From: Octopus sinensis | Taxonomy: Eukaryota | Reading direction: 5' to 3' | NCBI RefSeq assembly: GCF_006345805.1 | Contig: NC_043004.1 | Span: forward strand, 19,096,001 to 19,160,000 | Length of the DNA: 64,000 nucleotides | Shown: one piece after another, positions 53,972 through 64,000 of the stretch | How positions within the stretch are numbered: the first letter of the stretch is position 1 | Layout: each line of letters opens with the position of its first letter | The notes under the pieces: model-generated | The model's database searches: none | Told to the model about the DNA's origin: nothing | Seen by the model: only the letters and a program-made list of their open reading frames with translations | Program-made: the position numbers and the translations under genes

Positions 53972-54371
53972 GTTTACAATTCCCTTGCATTTAACCAGAC
54001 AGAAACTTCTACGAGTCCAAATAAGGAGGTACGTTTCTGCCGATTCAAGGATAAACTGATGTCTTACGACGAGTTTAAAAATAAAACGAAATTCATGTGT
54101 TTCTACTATTTATTTCGAAAGAAAGAGAAAGGCCAATCTTGTACAGTGTTATCAAGACAAGAATGTGAAAGATGGAAGACATGCAGTTTGGATGCTGTAA
54201 AATGCTGCGATCGAATGCTTAAGATGTCTGCCGATGATGATAATTCAACAAATTCCAGTAGTCTCTCCTGTCATTCAAATTGGGATGGATATGGCTGCTG
54301 GGACAAATCTTTTGCGAATAAAACAGCTAACATCAAGTGTCCTGGTTTTGCTTCGACACATTATTTACCAG
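53972..54371 (+). CDS. Class B1 (secretin/calcitonin-CGRP receptor-like) GPCR extracellular hormone-receptor-domain exon
   Basis: Acceptor TCTTTTTTCATGTATTTCTAG, donor CAG|GTAAGC; open frame VYNSLAFNQT...CERWKTCSLDAVKCCDRM...CHSNWDGYGCWDKSFANKTANIKCPGF with the C..WDG..CW....CP signature and several N-glycosylation sequons. Confidence 0.9.
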
Positions 54372-54457
54372 GTAAGCAATAATTTCGTGTTTTTGCAAAA
54401 GTAATTGCAAACAATTGTATCATATACACAAGCACACACTTACATACATATATATAT

Positions 54458-54577
54458 ACGATGGGCTTCTTTCAGTTTCCGTCTAACAAATCCATTCACA
54501 AGGCTTTGGTTGGCCCGAGGTTATATTAGAAAACACTTGCCCAAGGTGCCACGCAATGGGACTGAACCCAGAACCAT
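54458..54577 (-). mobile_element. SINE family B fragment
   Basis: Reverse complement of ~55315-55435; a similar fragment lies at 48080-48190. Confidence 0.8.
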
Positions 54578-54578
54578 G

Positions 54579-54700
<122 letters not shown>

Positions 54701-54825
54701 ATATATATATTATATTGGTTTATTTCGGGACGGTCATTTTTTTTGTCAGATACACACGCGTACTATATATTTTTTCTTCACTCGTTCATTGCTGTTCTTA
54801 TTTTATTATTGTAACACATGTCCAT

Positions 54826-54870
54826 TGTCCGGAAATCCTTCGTTACATACCTGTGACCTCTTCAGTGACA
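54826..54870 (-). ncRNA. Degenerate hammerhead-like motif in a short repeat
   Basis: Minus strand TGTCA-CTGAAGA-G-GTCAC aggtat GTAAC-GAA-GGATTTCC-GGACA; several core and stem deviations. Confidence 0.35.
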
Positions 54871-55272
54871 CTTTTCCTTTTCGTGTGTGTTCTTCTATGA
54901 TGTGTATGCTCACGTGCGCATGCGTTTGTGTCCTTGTTTTTTTGTGTGTGCATGTGTGTGTATGTGTACATATATGTGTGCATGTTGTGTGTGTGTGTGT
55001 TTGTGTGTTAATAAAATCACTGTCTACTAAAATTCAACATCTATAATAATGTAAATTAGATATACAGATGGAGAATAAACCAGTATACACCAAAAAGTTA
55101 AACCAAACTTCGTGGTTCATCAGAAGTATATTTCTGTTCTAGTATTTTTATTATCTCTAGTTACATATCTAATACTGCATAATCAAACATAATATTATCG
55201 GCTAACAAAAGTTTCATCTTAATTACTTTAATTTTCAATTAGAGTGATTTAAGAATAAAGAAATGTCAACAA

Positions 55273-55682
55273 GGCGCAGGAATGGCTGTGTGGTAAGTAG
55301 CTTGCTTACCAACCACATGGTTCCGGGTTCAGTCCCACTGCGTGACATCTTGGGCAAGTGTCTTCTACTATAGGCTCGGGCCGACTAAAGCCTTGTGAAT
55401 GGATCTGGTAGACGGAAACTGAAAGACGCCCGTCGTATATATGTATATATGTATAAAAATGTGCGTGTGTGCTTGTGTGTCTGTGTTTGTCCCCCTAGTA
55501 TTGCTTGACAACCGATGCTGGTGTGTTTATGTCCCCGTAACTTAGCAGTTCGGCAAAAGAGTTAGATAGAATAAGTACTGGGCTTACAAAGAATAAGTCC
55601 CGGGGTCGAGTTGCTCGATTAAAGGTGGTGCTCCAGCATGGCCGCAGTCAAATGACTGAAACAAGAAAAAGAGTAAAAGAGT
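55273..55682 (+). mobile_element. Full-length tRNA-derived SINE family B (CORE-like)
   Basis: A box TGGCTGTGTGG, B box GGTTCAGTCCC, CORE-like TCTTGGGCAAGTG, internal (TA/TG)n, tail GAAACAAGAAAAAGAGTAAAAGAG. Confidence 0.9.
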
Positions 55683-55755
55683 ATGTGATTCGATGAAACA
55701 CACACACAAAAAAAAATAATAATTCCGTATGCAAAAGTTAACTAAGTGATACTAT

Positions 55756-55814
55756 TAGTATCAAAGAGTGTCAAATAGTATCAAAGAGTGTCAAATAGTA
55801 TCAAAGAGTGTCAA
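55756..55814. repeat. 20-bp tandem repeat (TAGTATCAAAGAGTGTCAAA) x3
   Basis: Direct reading. Confidence 0.95.
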
Positions 55815-55964
55815 GACTCTTCTTGTCATTAATGCTATACACAAATTAGTTTTGTGGGCGCTTCAGAAGCATTAACATGTTGTAGTTCCTTAATATGTAT
55901 ATAAGCGGTATTGAATTAGCTTTTCATAGGATGAAGATGAATTGTACATATGTGTATTTTGCAC

Positions 55965-56036
<72 letters not shown>

Positions 56037-56043
56037 TATATAT

Positions 56044-56084
<41 letters not shown>

Positions 56085-56144
56085 GTGGTGTGTGTGTGTT
56101 TGGATAATGAGAAGGAAAACATGGAGGAATAAGAAAAGAGGGGA

Positions 56145-56188
<44 letters not shown>

Positions 56189-56287
56189 CGGGAAGCTTTA
56201 TGAAAATAAAAAAAAGACGAGGCAGGTGGAAAACAAACGAACAATTGTATTAGTATGGCGCTCAGGAAATATAATAAAAAAACAAGT

Positions 56288-56323
56288 CTTTAACGTTTCG
56301 AGCCTACGCTCTTCAACAGAAAG
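56288..56323 (-). ncRNA. Minimal type I hammerhead variant in the PLE 3' end
   Basis: CTTT-CTGTTGA-A-GAG CGTAGG CTC-GAA-ACGT-T-AAAG; palindromic ACGT stem III; core A6 is U. Confidence 0.6.
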
Positions 56324-57136
56324 ATACACAGAGAGAGAAAAACACAGAAAGAAGGAGAGAAAAAAAAAAAAATGCGTGCAGTAGCTAACGAATCAACATG
56401 GCGATCTGATTTCGGCCAGAGGTCAAAGATCAAACATGAGACGCGAGAGCGAAATAAGGGGAGATAATAGGGTTGATAAATGGGTTGAGGGACCAGCTAA
56501 TAGTGCGTGGGAGGGGTCTGGATGTGTGTATGTATAGGGTTGGTGTATGTATTAGTATGTATAAGGGTGTGTGTGTGTGTGTGTGTGTGTATGAGAGAGT
56601 ATTAGTGCGTAGGATTGGTCTGGACGTGCGTATGTATGGGGTGGTGTATGTATTAGTATGTATTAGTATGTATTAGTACGTATTGGTATGTATAGGTGTG
56701 TGTGTGTGTGTGAGAGAGTATAAGTGCGTATGCGGGGTCTGGACGTGGTATGTATAGGGTTGGTGTAAGTATTAGTATGTACTAGTATGTATTAGTACGT
56801 ATTAGTATGTATTAGTTGGTGTGTGATTAGTATGGCACATCATATGTGATGTGATGTGTAAAGTCATGTGGTGTAGTGAGGAGAGAGGGGGAGGGGGAGA
56901 AGAGGGGGAGGAGAAGGGGGAAGAGGAGAGGATGGGGAGAAGGAAGGGAGGAGGGGGATGAAGGAGGAAAGAGGGAGAGGGGGAGAGAGAAGGGGAGAGA
57001 GAGGAGTGAGGGAGCAGAGGGAAGGGGAAGAGGGAGGGGGGAAGAGGGAAGGGGAGTGTAGGGGTGAAAGGATGAAGGACTGAAGAAGTAGGGGTCGGGG
57101 GGAGAAAGGATAGGTGAGGAGGGGGGAGAGGGGGGT

Positions 57137-58728
57137 TAGATGAGGAGGGGGGAGAGTTGAGACCAAATGGCGTATAAGAGCGAAGAGAGAAGATTAATTC
57201 CTGTTCACGGCGCAAACGGGAATCCGGATGGCCTCTGTGTAAGGACAAACCGAACACAGATAGGTGTTGCAAGGAGTGACCGGTGGAGCGGAAATGGCGT
57301 GAGACCGGTGTGTCGTTCGCAAGGTGGATGTCACGAAGGTGTTCCGCGAACCGGTCAGCCAAGCGGCGTCCCGTTTGTCCGACGTACAAGGAATTGCAGA
57401 GAGAGCAAGAGATGCAATAGATAATATTGCTGGAGGTGCAGGTGAAGGAGTGGATGATGGGATAGGGTCGATGGTGGGTGCTAGTGAGGCGGGTGGTATT
57501 GGAGAGGTAAGGGCAAGTGCGGCAACGTGGGCGGGAGCAGGGGAACGAGCCGGGTTGGGAGGTAGGGTCAGGGAAGGAGCTATGGACCGAAAGGTCTCAA
57601 AGGTTGTGGGCTCGTTTGAAAGAGGGGAGGGGTCGGTTAGGGAAGAGGTGTGAAGTGGACGGGTCGGACTGGAGATGACGGAAAGCTCGAAGAATGGTGC
57701 GTTGGAGACGTAGGGTCGTGGGGTGGTAAGTGAGGGGAAAAGGGAGGCGGGAGACTACAGGGCGGGTTCGGGGAGAGAGAGCAGATACACGGTCCACGGA
57801 CCGTGCTCTGGCAAGGGCGGTGTGGATAGTGGTGAGGGGGTATCCACGTAGGGTGAAGTGGTGAGCCATACGTTGAGACTGAGTCTCAAAGTCATGGTCG
57901 TCACTACAGAGCCTACGTAGACGGAGGAATTGGGAATAGGGGATGGAAAGCTTGGTGTTTTCTGGGTGGGAGGAAGAGAAGTTGAGGTATGAATGTGAGT
58001 CTGTGTGTTTGTAGTGAATGGAGGTGGTAAGAGTGGAGTGAAGAATGCTAACCGAAATGTCGAGGAAGGAGACAGAGGTGTTGGAGATAGTGGAAGTGAA
58101 GTGGAGGGCTGGATGGAAAGATTGGACGAAAGAGAGGAAGGAATCTAGATGTTCGCGGGAGAGTGAGGTGGCACCGATAATGTCGTCAATATAACGGCCA
58201 TATAGTTCAGGAGTGGGACCAGTGAAATTAGAGAATATTTGGGCCTCAACATAGCCAACGAACAGTTGGGGCCCATTCGCGTTCCCATGGCCACTCCCGA
58301 GACCTGATGGTAGAACTCGCCCGCGAACGAGAAGCAGTTCAGAGTAAGGACAAGTTCGGCCAGACGAATGAGTGTGGAGGTGTCAGGTACAGGGTTAGAG
58401 CGGAGGTCAAGAAAGTGTCGAAGGGCCTGCAGTCCTTCGTGGTGAGGGATAACAGTATAGAGGCTTTGGATGTCCATAGTAAAAAGGATTTTGGAGGAGC
58501 CGGGAGGAAAGGAGAAAGAGTTGAAAAGCCGGAGAGCATGGTTGGTATCGTGGATGTGGGAGGGAAGAGATGCCACTAGGGGGGCAAGGACACGGTCGAG
58601 GTATTTAGAGATGAGCTCCGTGGGGCAGTTACAGGCGGAGACGATGGGGCGGCCAGGGTTGTTGGGTTTGTGGATTTTGGGGAGGAAGTAAATGGTGGGG
58701 GTACGTGGGGTTCGCACAATTAGTTTGG
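57137..58728 (-). pseudogene. PLE reverse transcriptase + Zn-finger + GIY-YIG endonuclease, disrupted
   Basis: YFLPKIHK..GRPIVS, MDIQSLYT, GVAMGTRMGP, RYIDD, FLD, CSRPRCRTC, IIYCISCSLC..YVGQTGR, RFAEH, GLN; small frameshifting deletion near 58265 and stop at 57597-99. Confidence 0.92.
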
Positions 58729-58748
58729 ATATATATATATATACACAC

Positions 58749-58833
<85 letters not shown>

Positions 58834-58922
58834 CATGTGTGTGTGTATGTATGTATGTATGTATGTATGTGCGTATGATCACTGAAATGTAAAGCTGTAG
58901 AAATTTGTATGTGTGTGATATA

Positions 58923-59840
58923 CCGTGAAATGGGGTTACTTTGAACGCCATTCAGAGTAACCCCGATCACTATTTCCGGCAGTAAGCAAGCTGCTACCGC
59001 TCAATTCCACAAATATACTTCAACCACTTGACTTGGCGTTATATTGGCCCCTGAAAAAAAAGTTGGAGAAAAATCTTAAATTATTCGAAGGCTAATAGCA
59101 GGAAAAACTCAAAGACCTTAACTAAAGATGCATTTCCTGCTCTGCTCACACAGCTACATGCTGCTCTCTTTCCTGAAAGTGTCACTCCCCGCTAGAATCG
59201 GGAACTGTAGAATTCACCCTTTTCATTCGAACAGGTTTTGGATGAGCTACCAGATCATGAAGTGAGCAAAGAAGACGATGAAGTCATCAATGTAAGAATT
59301 CCGGATGTTGTGCTAGGAATGCTAATGTCAATGAAAGGAGTGGATGAGAGCAGATCAAAGAAGAGACGAAAGAAATTGAACGTTAACTCTGGCAAAAGTA
59401 TAAGTGCTGAGGATATCAGTGCTTCTGGAAGTGAAATGATGGCCATCAATTCCTCAACAATTATAGAGAATCATAGAGAAAGAGAGCAGCAAGAGAATTT
59501 GCATGATGAAGAGCTAATCTCTGTTGATAGCGATATTTCTATGAATGAATGTAACAGATATTCCGGCACTTCAGACATGGCAAGAGCAGAAAATACAGAA
59601 AGTGAAAGTAGTTTTGTTGGAAACTTTGTCATTGTGGGGTATGAAGGGCATTTCCCGGTTAACATCTCAACTGGAAGTGACGGAGCACTTGTCTGTCATC
59701 ATTGACAAAATCTAAACAGATAGGGTGGAGGTGGCCACTGAAAGAGAATAAACTCGTCTTCGACTAGAAAGGTATGGTAGAAATGAAAACAAAATGAAAT
59801 CATTGCAATAAGAAGTCTAGAACTGTTCAAAGTTTCACGG
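58923..59840 (+). mobile_element. Internally deleted pogo/Tigger-like (DDE_1) DNA transposon
   Basis: TA-flanked TIRs CCGTGAAATGGGGTTACTTTGAAC / GTTCAAAGTTTCACGG (8-nt deletion); NSTNILQPLDLALYWPLKKK motif; acidic C-terminal ORF 59238-59705. Confidence 0.8.
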
Positions 59841-60644
59841 TATATTTGTAGTGTTTATGCTTCTGGACGATTGAGTGGTTTTCTATTATATTAATATCCC
59901 CAAAGTTTAAAAAAGATTTTATAAAACCGATTATAAACTCTGTATGAGTAGTATGTAAAATAATATTCAAAACAGAGATTGTGTTTCCTTGAAATAAATT
60001 AATATCTGACACCTTCATGGAACAAACAAAACTCAACGGTGAGAAAATTTTAGAAAGTGGTCTTTCGCATATGAAATTGATGCCTTATCGTTTGTATTAA
60101 TCTCCAGTGCCATAAATTGGTAATATTATACGCCACAAAAATAATTTCATGAAATTAAGTCTGTAAGCTCATGAACTAAGGAAATTTATTGTTCTAAGAA
60201 AAATATAAAAGACAAATAATGAAATAGGAGGAAGTATGAATAAATAAATAATAGCCGGAACTGAGTTGCTCGTTTACAATTTATTTACTCACAAGATGTT
60301 TCAGATATATTGTTAAATTGGCGAAGCCTATGAATGTACTGTAATATGCATTTTTCATAGTTAATTTTGAGCTGCTGAAAAGCTTAGAGCAAACAACATA
60401 GTCAGTGTGTAGTAAAACCAGATGTGTTCTTCCTCAGCTCGTGGCATTTCTTCTGGCTGTTGGCATTGTGATCAAATCCTGCCAATATCAACTTTGCTTT
60501 TCGTTCTAGGAACTTGAGTAGAATTGAGTGACAGCATAGCAACCTTTCCCAATCTTGCATCCTACAAAAAGTATCGAAATAAGCCAGAGGAAATTAATGC
60601 TGTGCAGCAGGGAACGATTTAACGTATCAATCTGATATGTTTTC

Positions 60645-60696
<52 letters not shown>

Positions 60697-60975
60697 CGGG
60701 GTGGATATGTAAAGAGAGAGAGCGAGAAAGATTGAGAGAGGACACGAAGACAGAAAAAGAGTAAAAGTACCGAAATAAGTATTTTACTGGTGCTCTATTT
60801 TTTTTTGACTTCGAAAGGATGATGGGTAAAGGGCAGTTTATTTTCCAACAATTACATAGGCACATAAAACAACTGGCGTTAGGAAGATAGAGTCAAATTA
60901 GCACAATCAGGCTAGCAATTGTTTAATCAAACTTGTGCCTATGTAGGAATTTATCACCGTTGTTACTTACGACGT

Positions 60976-61193
60976 TAAGACAGCGAGCTGGTGGAAATGT
61001 TAGCACGCCGGGCGAAATTCTTAGCGGTATTTCGTTTGCTGTTACGTTCTGAGTTCAAATTCCGCCGAGGTCGACTTTACCTTTCATCCTTTCGGGGTCG
61101 ATGAATTAAGTACCAGTGAAAATCTCGGGTCGATGTAATCGACTAGTCCCTTCCCTCAAATTTCAGGCCTTGTGCTTATAGTACAAAGGACTA
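60976..61193 (+). mobile_element. SINE family A with 13-bp TSD
   Basis: TTACTTACGACGT at 60963-75 and 61194-206; intact A/B boxes and central domain. Confidence 0.92.
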
Positions 61194-61468
61194 TTACTTA
61201 CGACGTCAGAGTCGTTTAAGCTTCGGAATGATTAATTGTAGTAATTGTTCCTTTCTTTACATTCTACATTCAAATCCCATCGAAGTCAAGGTTTACTTAC
61301 TTTTTTCGGGATATCATCCGAATATTGGAAACGATACGATTAACTAACGTCCTCTCTCACTGGTCTTGCGTCTAAATGATAATGCATTGTTAGCTACAAT
61401 GTTAATGTGTTTACTAAACGTAATGCTACAACCGATTTCTTGTGTAAAATACACGATATTATCAAATA

Positions 61469-62826
61469 CAGGATGTTTAAAAAGATTTGATATCATTTGA
61501 GATGTAATTATCACAAAAACTACATAGTTAAAGCAGATGAAACTAAAGAGGTTTAATGTTGAGCAATATAAGATTTATCCCCCCCCCCCAAATTGAGCGA
61601 GAAATTCGAAGGTATGTGGATTCCATGAACGATTTTACAAATGTTCAATATGCGCAACGCCAGAGACACGGCACACGTCAGGTCGGTAGACTAGCTCATC
61701 CCAACCATGTCTTGGGTAACAGTTTCCAGTGCGGTGGTGATTATGTTCTCGAGTTCCTCTAGGTTTCCAGGAACAGGGGGACATAGACAAGGCCATTAAC
61801 ATAGCCCCAGAGAAAAAAATCGCAAGGTGTTGGGTCAGGTGAGTGTGGCGGCCATTTTAACAGCACATTGTCTTCATCACCAGCACGCCCGATCTATCTC
61901 CCTCGCAGATTGTCATTGATATAAGCCCGCAAAATGAGCTTCCAGTGAGGTGTAGCCCCGTCCTGTTGAATAACGAGGTCTTCATGTTCATTTGCAATTA
62001 TCTCATCCATTAGCCAGTTCTGAAGCATTTGCAGATAAACATCTCCGGTCACATTTCCCTTAAAGAAAAATGGGCCATGAAGAGGCTTCTTGGAGATGGC
62101 GCAGAACACATTTATTTTGGTGAGTCCCTCTCATGCTCAACTGTGGCATGGTGATTTTCTTCGCCCCAAATGCAAATATCATACTTATTGACTTTGCCAT
62201 TCGTATAGATTGTGGCTTGATCCCTGAAAACAAGACGTTCCTTGAACTGGGCTTCTTCAAGTTCCTCTTGCACGTCAACACAAAATTGTTTGCGCTTTGG
62301 CTTGTCACCTGCCGTTATGACCTGAATAAGCTGCGGCTTGCAGGGTTTCATTAGCAAGCATTTCCTTAGGACGCGCCAAACTGTTGTTGCAGGAACCTAC
62401 GTTTCCAAAATTGTTTTTCTTATGAATTTCTTGGGGCTTTGCAAGAATTTTTGGCGAACCTACTCGATTGTCTCTTCCGGTATTAGTGGTCGTCTAGAAC
62501 CTTTTGCTCAGCACAGACAGCCTTCCACTTGGAATTTTTTGTGCCATGTCCAAATCTGCATTGCTTTTGGTGTCTTTTTAGAGAGAACTCTCTCACAAAT
62601 GCATGCTGCACAGTCTTGTTCGACTGTGTTCGAGCATACTCCAACACACAAAACATCTTTTCTCTTCCAGTGGATGCCATTTCTATACCCGAAAAGAGAA
62701 ACTTATCAAACATTAAACATATTTTGACCTGTTTCTGCACATGCTGTTAAAATCTGAATTCATTTGACAAAGAACTGGCAAATTTATTAGATTTCGAAAT
62801 GATGTCAAGTTTTTTGAAACGCCCTG
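61469..62826 (-). mobile_element. Full-length mariner/maT-like transposon (dead), TA TSD
   Basis: TIRs CAGGATGTTTAAAAAGATTTGATATCATTT vs CAGGGCGTTTCAAAAAACTTGACATCATTT; fragments REKMFCVLEYARTQS, HGPFFF, QQDGATPHW, WPPHSPD, CDFFLWGY; frameshifted. Confidence 0.9.
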
Positions 62827-64000
62827 TATATAATTTATTGAAATCTGCGCATCAAAGGCTTACTGTTACTAACATAAATTCACAGTGTATCAAGTGTATC
62901 AGAATTCATGTTTTTTTAAAGACATTTTCATTCCTAAGTGGGATTTAAAAAAATAATTGTCAGGTATGCTTTGTTAAAGTAGCACAAGGAACTTCTGCAG
63001 TAATGATTGCTTTTGTTGCTATAGATCATCTTACTCCTTATCACTATATGACAATTATATAGCACATTATTGAACATTAATTCCAAGGAGATAAGGATGG
63101 TAAAAATTGCTTATAGATATTTAATGACTTTATCTTTTCAGTTGGTACTCATAAAAAGATGAGAGATAAGTGGCTAGAACATGATTTAAAGAAATCAGAA
63201 ATTGAAACTGAAAATGATAATCAAAAACAAACGGCGGGTGCAATATCGTCAGAAATTATTGTCAGCTCTTCTTTAATATCTCAACGTCGTATTATTGCAC
63301 TGATTGGTCCAATCTAGGTCTCCTATACTCCCGTAGACGTACGATAAAAGGCATTCCAGCTGTAACCATCCAATCTTTAAGGTGTGTCTTGTAAACGTTT
63401 TGTAATGTGTCGTTCCCTTATTACGAGTTTAGAATGTGACAAGATGTGTTACGTCTGGAAGATCTAGCATTATATTCTCTAAGAATAATTAATGGAAATA
63501 ATTATATTTGTTAAAACTTTGAAGCAGCATTAATCGACTATATTTGGTGGTTAAAATGCCATTTGATTTAAAATCGTATTGAAAAGTAAACCACTGCATC
63601 AGAGTGCAGTCTTCATAGGAGTGCAAAGCAAAAAAGAACACAAAAAAGAACATATGCTTATATATTTTAGTTCAGTATTTCCTTGTAGTAGTAGTAGTAG
63701 TAGTTTCATATAGAGAAGGATTATGGCTCGATTCCAGCGAATCAGCATGATTGTTAGGGACATTGAATAGATTTGAATAGATATCTTCGTTGTACTTAAA
63801 CTTACTGAAGAGATAAGATTTTCCTTTTTTTAACTAAGTATCTTGTTTTATTATTATTTTTTAATAACAGCAATTTGATAACGGAATTACACAAACAGTC
63901 ATACTTTAATGAAATAAATCCGTTTTAACCTGCCAGTTAGTGTTTTGAAATGGTTCTTGAATACTTCTGGTTATTGACAGCGGTGTAGGATAGCATGTGA

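Larger units (their letters stand above)
56189..58728 (-). mobile_element. 5'-truncated Penelope-like element (Neptune-like), recent, inserted in (TA)n
   Basis: GC-rich island with RT and GIY-YIG ORF, long low-complexity 3' UTR and terminal minimal hammerhead; (TA)n on both sides. Confidence 0.93.

Noticed and set aside
56802-57136. Pro/Ser-rich C-terminal extension of the PLE protein
   Set aside because: Read-through into the pyrimidine-rich 3' UTR, probably from an indel in a C run
59238-59705. 155-aa acidic ORF as a host gene
   Set aside because: Lies between pogo-like TIRs downstream of the QPLD motif; it is a transposase C-terminus

Overview
AT-rich, microsatellite-dense animal genomic DNA. 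The tRNA-derived SINE families resemble, from memory, those of octopod cephalopods; this was not searched. Most of the window appears to be intronic sequence of one + strand class B1 (secretin/calcitonin-type) GPCR gene. A signal-peptide exon (CDS 18585-18635) splices in phase across a 35.3-kb intron to a 400-bp hormone-receptor-domain exon (53972-54371); no transmembrane exons were found in the window. The rest is repeats: Penelope-like elements (one near-intact RT+GIY-YIG copy), R4/Dong, RTE and CR1-like LINE remnants, Tc1, mariner/maT-like and pogo-like DNA transposons, three SINE families and many simple repeats. Highlights: (1) about 10 type I hammerhead ribozyme motifs from several families, mostly beside (TA)n tracts; (2) a ~480-nt non-coding unit with a canonical hammerhead and an inverted copy of its own end-to-start junction (retrozyme-like); (3) a sense-strand hammerhead cleaving 72 nt upstream of the GPCR splice acceptor; (4) a TSD-flanked ORF1-only retroelement nested in a Tc1 that shares its 3' end with a SINE tail. 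Most ORFs in the supplied track are microsatellite artefacts. All calls were made by eye.
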